The position numbers and the translations under genes are program-made. From positions 1 to 54,473 of the forward strand of contig JBBTJN010000007.1 of NCBI GenBank assembly GCA_038059415.1: a stretch of DNA of 54,473 bases, read 5' to 3'. Under the pieces are notes generated by a model that was given only the letters and a program-made list of their open reading frames with translations, searched no databases and was not told the origin of the DNA. This DNA is from Elusimicrobiota bacterium (lineage in GTDB: Bacteria; Elusimicrobiota; Elusimicrobia; UBA1565; UBA9628). Shown here piece by piece: positions 29,216 to 37,453 of the stretch. Every line of letters starts with the position of its first letter. The stretch's first letter is position 1.

Positions 29216-30280
29216 GATCGCGCCCTCCTCGATCAGCTGGCCCCAATGTTGGCCACCGACCTGCGCGACCTTCCCAGTGCAGATCAAGACAGAGTATGGA
29301 ACACCCCGGACTTCGTGGCCGAAGAGAAGCTCAACGGTATTCGGGCGCTCCTTCATATAGGACAATCCGAGTCCCGACTGACTACCCGCGTCAGGAGCAA
29401 GCGTACGGGTCTCTACCTCGAGCGTAGCGACAACTTCCCGCACCTTCGGGATCTCCCGGTGAGCTTCCTCGAAGGCACCGTTTTGGACGGAGAGCTTCTG
29501 CTCGACAAGGCACGCCTCTTCACCGGCACGACTTGGGCTCATGGATCGTTATCGTGCACGATGGCGGTTTGCAGTAGCTCACCGGCGCGGGCTGTTGAGA
29601 TCCAAGGGCGAGAGGGGAAAGCCGACTACTGCGTCTTTGACATCATCCGGGATCGTGGCGCAGCGGTTGAGGGTTTCCCGCTGTCGGAGCGCCGCCGTCG
29701 GCTGGAAAGCGTATTCGTCGAGCTGCGCAAGCGGGGAATCTCCCTGGAATCGTTGAGGCTCGTGCCGCAGGTCCAGGAAAAAAAGCGGGCGTTCTACGCA
29801 CAGGTCCTTCGAGACGGCGGGGAGGGCGTGATGCTCAAGCACCGCGACGGTCTGTACCAGCACGCGGGCAGGTCTCCCCGCGTCTTGAAGGCAAAGCGGT
29901 CTCTAACGGTGGATGGGTTCATCATCGGCTCCACGGCTGGCAAGAACGGCAACGCGGGCTTGGTCGGGAGTTTGCGGATCGGGGTCTATGATGCCGATAC
30001 CGGAGAGATCCGCGAGATAGCCGGCGTTGCGCCCTATGACCTCAGCCGCGGGCCCAAGAAGAGTAATCTCCGCCGTGCGATGACGGTTCTGCTCAGTGGG
30101 GCGCCGGAGCTTGCGCCTGGGTTCCAGGGTCGTGTTGTGGAGATCGAAGCCTTCTGCTGGAACAAGAACGCTCGGCTCGTCCATGCCAAGCTGGCCCGGT
30201 TTCGGCCGGATAAGGACAAGGCCGATTGCCGCGTTGACTTCTCGTCGCTGGGGGTGGCGGATGCCGTGGACCCCGGGTGA
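29213..30280 (+). CDS. ATP-dependent DNA ligase
   Basis: Adenylation motif EEKLNGIR, N-terminal LAPMLAT, plus GEGVMLK and LKAK blocks. An alternative start is the Met of PMLAT at 29246. Confidence 0.85.
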   Translation: MDRALLDQLAPMLATDLRDLPSADQDRVWNTPDFVAEEKLNGIRALLHIGQSESRLTTRVRSKRTGLYLERSDNFPHLRDLPVSFLEGTVLDGELLLDKARLFTGTTWAHGSLSCTMAVCSSSPARAVEIQGREGKADYCVFDIIRDRGAAVEGFPLSERRRRLESVFVELRKRGISLESLRLVPQVQEKKRAFYAQVLRDGGEGVMLKHRDGLYQHAGRSPRVLKAKRSLTVDGFIIGSTAGKNGNAGLVGSLRIGVYDADTGEIREIAGVAPYDLSRGPKKSNLRRAMTVLLSGAPELAPGFQGRVVEIEAFCWNKNARLVHAKLARFRPDKDKADCRVDFSSLGVADAVDPG

Positions 30281-30458
30281 TAAGTGCGTCCTTAACGAGG
30301 CAGTATTCAGTCGGTTCGACAAAAGCTTCGGACCTATGGTCTGCCGCGATCCAGAGGTATATGTGGTTGCCCACATCGACCCGGTGCAGGCCGTCGTCAT
30401 CATCGTCGGCAAGAAGGGCCCCACGCCGGTCCTGGCGACCTGGATTCTTCCGATCTAG
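30261..30458 (+). CDS. Small hypothetical protein (65 aa) overlapping the ligase 3' end
   Basis: MPWTPGDKCVLNEAVFSRFDKSFGPMVCRDPEVYVVAHIDPVQAVVIIVGKKG has a protein-like composition. I recognise no homology. Confidence 0.35.
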   Translation: MPWTPGDKCVLNEAVFSRFDKSFGPMVCRDPEVYVVAHIDPVQAVVIIVGKKGPTPVLATWILPI

Positions 30459-30514
30459 GCCACGGCTGGAAGAATTTGGAATCGCCGGCTTCCGAGCGCA
30501 AGAGAATTAAATCA

Positions 30515-30610
30515 TCATGGATGCCTTTAAAATGACATTAGAGAAGACTTACTCGGTCCATTGAAGTTTGGTCGGCCGGAAACCCTATAAGTCAATCTCG
30601 CTTGAAATAG
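30515..30610 (+). repeat. Island repeat copy 3
   Basis: TCATGGATGCCTTTAAAATGAC..CCATTGAAGTTTGGTCGGCCGGAAACCCTATAAGTCAATCTCGCTTGAAATAG. Confidence 0.9.
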
Positions 30611-30627
30611 GGCTGGGAAGGCTCTCT

Positions 30628-30646
30628 CGTATATTGGGTGAGGATG
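30628..30646 (+). promoter_or_regulatory. TCTCGTATATTG box, with GTG 3 nt and ATG 9 nt downstream
   Basis: CGTATA at 30628-30633, lying 18 nt after repeat copy 3. Confidence 0.35.
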
Positions 30647-30880
30647 GAAGCGCGTCGAGGTCTCAGGGTGGCGTTCCACTGTTTCGACTGCCTCCAGGAA
30701 TCTTTAGTACCCGGAAGGAAATACAGGCGGACAGAGCCCGCGTGCCAAAGCTGCTATGGCGACCTCTTTCGAGGCACGCGGGATGATTTCATGCGCCTCG
30801 TCGCTAGCGTCGCCCGGAAGAACCTCGATAAGTCGGTTGGGACGATGATTCGCGTGCGCCTGCCCACATGTAGGAACTGA
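30638..30880 (+). CDS. Small zinc-ribbon-like protein (two CxxC pairs)
   Basis: HCFDC and CQSC pairs. The start is GTG 30638 or ATG 30644 (MEARR...). It lies directly upstream of the sigma factor gene. Confidence 0.45.
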   Translation: MRMEARRGLRVAFHCFDCLQESLVPGRKYRRTEPACQSCYGDLFRGTRDDFMRLVASVARKNLDKSVGTMIRVRLPTCRN

Positions 30881-30905
30881 CGGTCCTCATAGTTCCTCGG
30901 CTTTC

Positions 30906-30946
30906 TGAAGGTTCTGATTTGTCGCTTCGTATATCTGTATTCCATG
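30906..30946 (+). promoter_or_regulatory. Candidate ECF-type promoter of the sigma gene: TGAAGG-N16-CGTATA, with the ATG 9 nt after TATATC
   Basis: TGAAGG at 30906-30911, CGTATA at 30928-30933 and ATG at 30944. Confidence 0.45.
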
Positions 30947-31501
30947 GGCGACGGCAGTCAGCAGATCGGATTCATCGAACAGCTCATACTTCGAGAGACG
31001 CCGAGTGCCTATCGCGTGGCGATGAGCCTGACGCGGAACCCTGAGGCCTCAAAGGAGCTTGTTCAGGAAGCCTCCTACCGCATTCTCCTCAACCAGCGGG
31101 CCTTCAACGCATCCCGGTCCGGAACAGCCTGGTTTCAAGCTGTTGTCCGCAACCTGTTCATCGATGGGCGCCGGAGCTTCGAATATCGGCGCGGTGTCTC
31201 GTTGAGTCAGACGATCGTCGCTGATGGGCCCTGCTACAGCGAACTGCTGCCGAGCGATGAGCCTGGGGTGTTGGAGCAACTCGAGCGAGGGGAAGACAGC
31301 CGGGCTGTGCGTCGAATCACGAACAGGCTCCGTAAGGAGCATAAAGAAGTCCTCAAGCTCTGTGACATGCAGGCGTTGAGCTACGAAGAGGCGGCTGGGG
31401 TTCTGGCCGTTTCAGTCGGGACAGTTCGTTCAAGACTATTCCGTGCTAGACGGGCGTTCCGTTTACTCTGGGCCAAGGAGAATCTCGCGCATGGTGGATG
31501 A
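30944..31501 (+). CDS. ECF-type sigma-70 family RNA polymerase sigma factor
   Basis: Region 2 (ASKELVQEASYRILLN..AWFQAVVRNLFIDGRR) and region 4 HTH (LSYEEAAGVLAVSVGTVRSRLFRARRAF). Confidence 0.85.
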   Translation: MGDGSQQIGFIEQLILRETPSAYRVAMSLTRNPEASKELVQEASYRILLNQRAFNASRSGTAWFQAVVRNLFIDGRRSFEYRRGVSLSQTIVADGPCYSELLPSDEPGVLEQLERGEDSRAVRRITNRLRKEHKEVLKLCDMQALSYEEAAGVLAVSVGTVRSRLFRARRAFRLLWAKENLAHGG

Positions 31502-32468
31502 CTGCATTTTTAAGAATGGGTACCTGACGCCTACTGGCGTCAGGGTTTATTCATCGCTCGCTCATAATATTCCAGGCATCGACCTGGATTCGAGCAATGA
31601 CCAGATCTCGGATCTGATCTGTAAGTACGGAGAACGATCTAAGTCCTTGCTGTCTGAACACAGCGAGGATAGCCTGACCTTTACAACCTTTCATGCGCTG
31701 AGCAAGTTGCCAACGAAAGATTGGCTTGTTGATTTCTTCCGTGCGGCCTTCGGGCCCAAGATTGCCGCGGCTTATGCGCCCTACGTGAATGAAGCTGTCC
31801 TAAGATTTTGGCAACCCCATAGCAGCCCGAATCTGTATCTCGAGTACTTGGCCAAAAAGATTTCACGTGAGGGTGAGTCAGCGCTCAAGCACCTCGACGC
31901 AGGATCGCGCGTCAGGGCCAAGCAACGACTCCAAAAGCTCCTTTCCGGTGAGCTTGAGTGGGGCGAGCAACCGACTGAGGTTGATGTGCAGATCACTATC
32001 GGTAAAAAATTGATCATCTTTGTCGAGGTCAAGGTCTATTCCGACATCGGCAAGTTCGGGACCTTGAACGGGACGGATAACCGGAATCAAGTCATCCGTA
32101 ACCTCGAGGTGGTTTCGGAGGTCAAGCAGCGCCTCGGGTTCGAGGATGCCAAACTCGTGCTCCTGACTTTAGATCGCGCTTCGGACAAGCTGTACTCCCA
32201 ATCCATGCGGCGCTATCGAGGACCCGATTTGCGGAAGATGCGGATGTGGGATGAGGTCACGCCCGGCTGGGAGAGAATCCGAAAGGACCTGCCTCACCGA
32301 GCGGATGAGAGCCCGGAGTGGCACCAGCGTCTGAACACGTCGCTTGGCTGGGTAATCTGGCCGGAAATGGTCAAGATTCTTGTCGCAGGGTACAGCCGGC
32401 TATGGCGTAACGTGGCCCTCCAGATGGATGATCTTCCCGCATCAAATGATATTGCTGCCAGTCGATAG
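31491..32468 (+). CDS. Hypothetical protein with a PD-(D/E)xK-like motif
   Basis: TEVDVQITIGKKLIIFVEVKVYSD. The start overlaps the sigma stop by 11 nt. Confidence 0.45.
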   Translation: MVDDCIFKNGYLTPTGVRVYSSLAHNIPGIDLDSSNDQISDLICKYGERSKSLLSEHSEDSLTFTTFHALSKLPTKDWLVDFFRAAFGPKIAAAYAPYVNEAVLRFWQPHSSPNLYLEYLAKKISREGESALKHLDAGSRVRAKQRLQKLLSGELEWGEQPTEVDVQITIGKKLIIFVEVKVYSDIGKFGTLNGTDNRNQVIRNLEVVSEVKQRLGFEDAKLVLLTLDRASDKLYSQSMRRYRGPDLRKMRMWDEVTPGWERIRKDLPHRADESPEWHQRLNTSLGWVIWPEMVKILVAGYSRLWRNVALQMDDLPASNDIAASR

Positions 32469-32733
32469 GGCAGTTCGGGCGACTCTTCCCTTCGTCCTCG
32501 GGTTGGTCTTTACAACCTTGGCGGCGCTGCAGAGTGGGCATAACGTACGAGGCCTCTGGCGCAGATCGTTTCTAACGTCACTGGGGCTGGGGACCTGTCA
32601 GTTTCTCATGGTGCAGTGGGCCGTGCGACAGGGCCTGGAGTTCTGGATCTTCCAGGCCGGAGCTGCGGTCGGCGCCGCGGTTGGAAGTTTCCTGGTGGCT
32701 CGGGGCATCCTGGGTCGAACGGCAAGCCCATGA
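32446..32733 (+). CDS. Small membrane protein (2-3 predicted TM helices)
   Basis: Hydrophobic stretches LPFVLGLVFTTLAAL, LGLGTCQFLMV and AGAAVGAAVGSFLVA. The start is uncertain (32380, 32428 or 32446). Confidence 0.4.
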   Translation: MILLPVDRAVRATLPFVLGLVFTTLAALQSGHNVRGLWRRSFLTSLGLGTCQFLMVQWAVRQGLEFWIFQAGAAVGAAVGSFLVARGILGRTASP

Positions 32734-32951
32734 AGCGCCGGGAGAAACGGGTTCAGGGGGCCGAGTGTCCGGCTTGCAACGGACAGGGGAAGGTCTGCTG
32801 CGTGACATGGGCCGTGGCAAGGGGGAACGCCGGCTCGGACCTGGAGTACAGCGGGATCGGACTACCGCTCTGGCCGCTCGGGTCCCATCTCGAGATGACA
32901 CGATGCCCGTTCTGCGGGAAGGGATTTACTCCTTCGGGAAGAAGAAGCTGA
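32730..32951 (+). CDS. Small zinc-ribbon protein (73 aa)
   Basis: CPACNGQG and CPFCGKG pairs. ATGA overlap with the preceding ORF. Confidence 0.45.
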   Translation: MKRREKRVQGAECPACNGQGKVCCVTWAVARGNAGSDLEYSGIGLPLWPLGSHLEMTRCPFCGKGFTPSGRRS

Positions 32952-33156
32952 GAGGCTTGCCGTATAACTTAGACATGCGCCGAAGCTCGATGATGTCCAG
33001 GCGACGCTCGCCCGACTCCATCTTTGAGACGAAGGATTGCGGCTTCCGCAGCTTGCTGGCCACCTCGACCTGGGTCAGCTTGGCCGCGACACGGGCTTCC
33101 CGCAGCTTTCTGACAATGTCCCGGTGCTCTGCCGTAAAAATAGTCTTTGATTTCAT
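32926..33156 (-). CDS. XRE-family HTH transcriptional regulator
   Basis: LREARVAAKLTQVEVASKLRKPQSFVSKMESGERRLDIIEL. An alternative ATG lies at 33162. Confidence 0.85.
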   Translation of the reverse strand: MKSKTIFTAEHRDIVRKLREARVAAKLTQVEVASKLRKPQSFVSKMESGERRLDIIELRRMSKLYGKPLSFFFPKE

Positions 33157-33157
33157 G

Positions 33158-33180
33158 CCCATCCCTTGACATGGGATGGG
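33158..33180. promoter_or_regulatory. Perfect 8-bp inverted repeat CCCATCCC-TTGACAT-GGGATGGG around a TTGACA -35-like hexamer; candidate XRE operator
   Basis: Read directly. It lies between the XRE start and the divergent lipoprotein gene. Confidence 0.5.
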
Positions 33181-33240
33181 TCAGCCTATATCCTTTTATC
33201 CAATATCCATAAACGGGATATTTCAAAGGAGTGCAGCGTA

Positions 33241-34293
33241 ATGAGCAGACTGAATGCGGACTTGAGGATTACGCTTGTCCTGATTGCAGCGCTCGTGACC
33301 GCCGCTTGTCGTGGCGGCAGTTTTCAACCACTGGGGATGTCTCTGCAAGGCTTCGAGAAGATTCTCCCAGACCCCTGCAAATTGGATTCCACGCGGAAAA
33401 TCAGCGACGGGGTTTTCAAGGACTACACGCTCCAGGCCTACAACTGTGGAGACGCTGGCCGTCAGGAGCTTGTCATTGATGGCTCCCGGGTTCTCAAGTA
33501 CGCCATCCTCATGGACGCTGCTATATTCAAGGATCCGCGGGTAATCGCAGCCCAGCGTGATCAGGTCTTGCGGCTCGGAATGTTTGGGTCGTTATATACG
33601 GTCGCCAAGAATGTCCCCAAAGGTAAGCTCCTTGACTTGTTGAAACAGAAGCCGCCCGAGGTCTTCGATATATTCGGGGAGAACTGGGAGAAGTGCATCC
33701 GGCTCAACGTCCCGATGACCTCGACATTGGAAGGCTACGCCTATTCGTGCGAGGTGGAGAATGGCGACACCGTTCGTTTCAGCGTCACTTCTGAGGGGGC
33801 GTACCTCAAGGAGAAATCGCTACGGATACACGGAGACCCGGCTGGGGGCGCATCGACCGGCGACTCCTCGGGGCCTGACGTTCTGCCGAAGATTACAGGC
33901 CCACGTGATTGCAGCAGGATCGATGTAGGCATGTCGATGAATGAGGTCGAGAGGGTGATGGGACAAAAGTCCGATGAACCGGCAGACATAGTCCTGATGT
34001 GGCGGGATCCTAATGGGCCTATGGGGATGGGCATGCCGATCCGGGGGTTTGGACTCGAGCGCAAGGAGTTCGTGGGGAATCTTGAGAAAGGGTTCACTTA
34101 CTGGTACGTCTCCCTCTCGTGCACGGTGGAGTTTAGCCCTCGCACCGCCAGGGTAAGTAGCGTTAATCGTCACTCCGTAGTTCCCTTGACTGCTAAACCC
34201 AAAGGATCTGAGTTCGGGGTGTACATGCTCGGTAGGGTGCCGGGCCTTCGGACCCCAGAGTGGGCGTCGGGACAGGGAGGAGATGCGCCATGA
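33241..34293 (+). CDS. Lipoprotein, function unknown
   Basis: Lipobox in MSRLNADLRITLVLIAALVTAAC. Confidence 0.6.
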   Translation: MSRLNADLRITLVLIAALVTAACRGGSFQPLGMSLQGFEKILPDPCKLDSTRKISDGVFKDYTLQAYNCGDAGRQELVIDGSRVLKYAILMDAAIFKDPRVIAAQRDQVLRLGMFGSLYTVAKNVPKGKLLDLLKQKPPEVFDIFGENWEKCIRLNVPMTSTLEGYAYSCEVENGDTVRFSVTSEGAYLKEKSLRIHGDPAGGASTGDSSGPDVLPKITGPRDCSRIDVGMSMNEVERVMGQKSDEPADIVLMWRDPNGPMGMGMPIRGFGLERKEFVGNLEKGFTYWYVSLSCTVEFSPRTARVSSVNRHSVVPLTAKPKGSEFGVYMLGRVPGLRTPEWASGQGGDAP

Positions 34294-35867
34294 GGCAAGT
34301 AAGTCGTGATTTCATCTTATGCTGTGTCCTGGCCTTGCTCCCGACAGGAGGATCGATGGCGGCGGGTGTCGCAGAGACACGGAACAGGAAACTCCAGAAT
34401 ATCCTTCACGCAGTCAGGGAAGAGAAGAACCCCAGCCTCCGCCGGGATGCTGTGGATGCCTTGGGCAAAATGGGGGCTATTGCTGTTCCCGGACTAACTG
34501 AAGTGCTCAAAGATAGCGATCCCAGAATTCGTTTTGCTGCAGCCGAGGCTTTAGAACGGCTGGGGCCAGTTGCAAGTGCGGCGGCCTCCATGTTAGTAGA
34601 AGTCAGCATCAATGATGGTAGCCGGGGGCTCTGCGGACCAGGTATTTTCCCATCCACCTGTTTTACCACAGCAGAACTCTTGAGCAAGATTGGCCCGTCT
34701 GCCAAGAAAGCAGTAGTCCCGTCACTGGTGGAAGCCTTAAAGAATGACAACGCAGGTGTTCGCTTTTGGGCCATATACTCGTTGGAGAAGATGGGCCCCA
34801 TAGCCAGGGAAGCGATTCCAGCGCTCGCAGAAGCGATTAAGGACAGTGATTCAAGTGTCCGCTTCCAAGCCGTAGGGGCTTTAGTCAAGGTTGGCCCTAA
34901 TTCACCCGAGACAGTTCCCGCATTGGTAGTGGCTCTCTCAGACAACTACATCGCCAACCGGAAGGCTGCAGTAGGCGCGTTGGCCGAGTTGGGTCCAGCT
35001 GGAAAGAATGCTGCCGCCGAATTAGTCGAAGCCTTAAAGGACGATGAACTCGCGGACGCGGCTGCCAAGGCTCTTGGCAAGATGGGTTCAGCTGCGAAGG
35101 AAGCTGTTCCTGCACTAATAGAACGATTCAAAGAAGACGGGCAATTCCGATCTAGGAGTAGTCTGGCTATTGAGATTCTAAGCAAGATAGGTTCTCCTGC
35201 TCTTCCAGCGCTGCTGGAAGCTCTGAAAGATCCTAATGCTTCTGTTCGTAGGTGCGCGGCGGAATCTTTGGGCGGAATAAGTCCGGCTACTAAGACGGCA
35301 GTCCAGGCTTTGGCCGTCGCCCTTAAGGATGACGATCCCAATATTCGCACGGCTGCGTCAATGGCGCTGGGTAAGATAGGTCCAACCGCAAAGGATGCCG
35401 TCCCACCATTGGTTGCGGCTCTCAAGGATCAAAATCGTGAAGTTCGTGTAGCCGCGGTAAGTGCTTTAGGTGATATTGGCCCAGAGGCAGCGGCAGCTGT
35501 CCCTTTCTTGGTGGAGGGCTTAAGTGCTAGCCATAGGTTGACACCCGCTCATTCATCGGCAGAAATGGCAGACGATTGGGGTAGCAACGCACGGGATGCT
35601 TTAGTAAAAATAGGACCCGCATCCGTATCGGCATTAGTGACCGCCATGAAAAGCACTAATGTGGAAATGCGCAATGGAGCCGCCAGCGCGCTGAACCTGA
35701 TGGGTGCATCTCGTGCAAAGGCAGCGGCTCCCGCATTGGCTGAGCTTTCCAAGACGGAGTGGAATCCGAAGGTAAAAGAATCGATGCTGGATGCACTCGA
35801 TCTGATAAGACGGGGTTGTGAACCTCCCGATTGGAATTGCCGAATAAGACGTGGAAGCCGACGTTGA
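34290..35867 (+). CDS. Secreted HEAT-repeat (PBS-lyase-type) protein
   Basis: Signal-like N-terminus and about 14 tandem units of the type A..ALG.(I/M)GP.A..AVP.L..ALKD.. .VR..A. ATGA overlap with the upstream gene. Confidence 0.8.
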   Translation: MRQVSRDFILCCVLALLPTGGSMAAGVAETRNRKLQNILHAVREEKNPSLRRDAVDALGKMGAIAVPGLTEVLKDSDPRIRFAAAEALERLGPVASAAASMLVEVSINDGSRGLCGPGIFPSTCFTTAELLSKIGPSAKKAVVPSLVEALKNDNAGVRFWAIYSLEKMGPIAREAIPALAEAIKDSDSSVRFQAVGALVKVGPNSPETVPALVVALSDNYIANRKAAVGALAELGPAGKNAAAELVEALKDDELADAAAKALGKMGSAAKEAVPALIERFKEDGQFRSRSSLAIEILSKIGSPALPALLEALKDPNASVRRCAAESLGGISPATKTAVQALAVALKDDDPNIRTAASMALGKIGPTAKDAVPPLVAALKDQNREVRVAAVSALGDIGPEAAAAVPFLVEGLSASHRLTPAHSSAEMADDWGSNARDALVKIGPASVSALVTAMKSTNVEMRNGAASALNLMGASRAKAAAPALAELSKTEWNPKVKESMLDALDLIRRGCEPPDWNCRIRRGSRR

Positions 35868-35898
35868 TGCTCGATTCTGCGGCAGCAGCTCGGTCCAT

Positions 35899-36792
35899 AT
35901 GAAGAAGCAGATGGTCGTTTTCGTGGCCATCACAGCTTCCATGATTGGGACGCCACAAGCTTACGGCTGGAGCCGTGTCGGCCATCAGACCGTTGCCCTC
36001 ATCGCGGAGCGCAGACTCAGCACGACCACCCTGAGCAAGGTCCACTCCATCCTAGGCCCTGGTATCAGCCTTGCGGATATCGCCGGTTGCGCCGACAACA
36101 TCAAACGCCATCCCGTTAACTGTGCCGGCAGTTTCCAGGTCGCCAGAGATCCGTCTAGCAAGCGTCAGCACTACATTAACGTCTCGGTCGCGGATTCTCC
36201 GAATTCCATGACCATCATGGGTTCCTGCCGCGTTCAGGGAAAGACTCAGGCGTGCAACATCGACCAGATCCAAGATGGCCTGGCGGTTCTGAAGGACCCG
36301 GCCGCCACACGCGCGCAGAAGCAGATAGCCCTCATGTTCATCGTCCACTTCGTCGGGGATCTCCACCAGCCGCTCCACAACGCCTCTGAGGTTGACGCCA
36401 GGGGTCGCGGTGATGGCGGTGGCAATGGCGCCAAGGTCTGGTTCATGCAGTCGGCCAAGGCCAAGACGCCAACCAATCTTCATCATGTATGGGACAATGT
36501 CATCGAAAGCGATGCGGCCCTTAAGCGCATGGGAGCCGGAACTCTTGCCGAGGAGCTCACAGCTGAGATTCAGAGTAAGGACGTGGCGGCCTGGCTAAAG
36601 GTGAGCGTCGCCGAGAGCGCTCTGGAGAGTTTCCTCATCGCGAAGACGCTGATTTATCCTGCTTATCACGCTCCCGATGGAAAGCGGCCCAGCCTCGACT
36701 ATCAGGCACGCATGCGGCCGGTTGCGAGGGAACAGGTGGCGAAGGCGGGTGTGAGACTTGCAGCGATGCTTGAGGAAGCCCTAAGCCCGTAG
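35899..36792 (+). CDS. Secreted S1/P1-family nuclease
   Basis: Signal peptide, then the mature N-terminus WSRVGHQ. HFVGDLHQPLH and NLHHVWD zinc-ligand blocks. Confidence 0.8.
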   Translation: MKKQMVVFVAITASMIGTPQAYGWSRVGHQTVALIAERRLSTTTLSKVHSILGPGISLADIAGCADNIKRHPVNCAGSFQVARDPSSKRQHYINVSVADSPNSMTIMGSCRVQGKTQACNIDQIQDGLAVLKDPAATRAQKQIALMFIVHFVGDLHQPLHNASEVDARGRGDGGGNGAKVWFMQSAKAKTPTNLHHVWDNVIESDAALKRMGAGTLAEELTAEIQSKDVAAWLKVSVAESALESFLIAKTLIYPAYHAPDGKRPSLDYQARMRPVAREQVAKAGVRLAAMLEEALSP

Positions 36793-36824
36793 GCCGCGCA
36801 CTTAGCGGCTTTCGCCAGCCGCTT

Positions 36825-36841
36825 CGTATATTGGTAGGGTG
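36825..36841 (+). promoter_or_regulatory. CTTCGTATATTG box 7 nt upstream of the GTG at 36839
   Basis: CGTATA at 36825-36830. Confidence 0.35.
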
Positions 36842-37408
36842 AGGCTCGGCTCTTCCGCCTTTATCGTGCAAATCCTGCGGGACCATCTCTTCGCAGGGGA
36901 GCGAGTGCTCCGCGAGCGAGCCGCGGAGTTCCTCAGTAAAACGCGATCCCGCGCGGTAGTCCGTAAGCTCGCACGAGCTCTCAGTTCTCCGCGGGACTAT
37001 GTTTCCACCCGAGCGGCCTGGGGGCTCACCCTCTGCAAGGATGACCTCGCCATAGACTTGCTCGAAAGGGCACTGAACGGCGGGAATGAGCGGATTCGTT
37101 CGCAGGCGTCATGGGCTCTCGGGCGGATAGAGAATCCCCGAGCTATGAAGGTGCTCGTATCCGCCTTGGAAAGCCCCAGACGAGCTGTGTACGCTCAAGC
37201 GGCTGCGGGACTTTGGCGAGCGGCGGTAAACGGATACCGAAGCGCGCAGGTGGAACGAACACTCATAGGTCTACTGAAGCGTGATAAAGGTCAAGTCGCG
37301 CTCACGCTGAGCCACATGCTCCGAAATCGGACGAGCCCGCCTCGAAAGAGACCTGCCACGGCGGTTCTAACCGCGTTCGAGCGGCATGGCGGCTCCTGGA
37401 TCCGGTAG
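36839..37408 (+). CDS. HEAT-repeat protein (short, no signal peptide seen)
   Basis: Repeats of the type R..A.WALG.I..P.A...L. GTG start. Confidence 0.6.
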   Translation: MRLGSSAFIVQILRDHLFAGERVLRERAAEFLSKTRSRAVVRKLARALSSPRDYVSTRAAWGLTLCKDDLAIDLLERALNGGNERIRSQASWALGRIENPRAMKVLVSALESPRRAVYAQAAAGLWRAAVNGYRSAQVERTLIGLLKRDKGQVALTLSHMLRNRTSPPRKRPATAVLTAFERHGGSWIR

Positions 37409-37409
37409 G

Positions 37410-37453
37410 CCATGAAGAATACCGGCTACGCGATTCCGTATAGAAATAGTGCA
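37410..37453 (+). repeat. Degenerate fifth copy of the 3' half of the island repeat, containing TGAAGA-N18-CGTATA
   Basis: CCATGAAGAATACC..CCGTATAGAAATAGTGCA versus copy 2 CCTTGAAG..GAATACC..CGCTAGAAACAGTGCA. The last 14 nt match at 13 of 14 positions. Confidence 0.5.

Noticed and set aside
28853-29542. 229-aa minus-strand ORF
   Set aside because: It runs through repeat copy 2 and is antisense to the ligase 5' end. It has no motif support.
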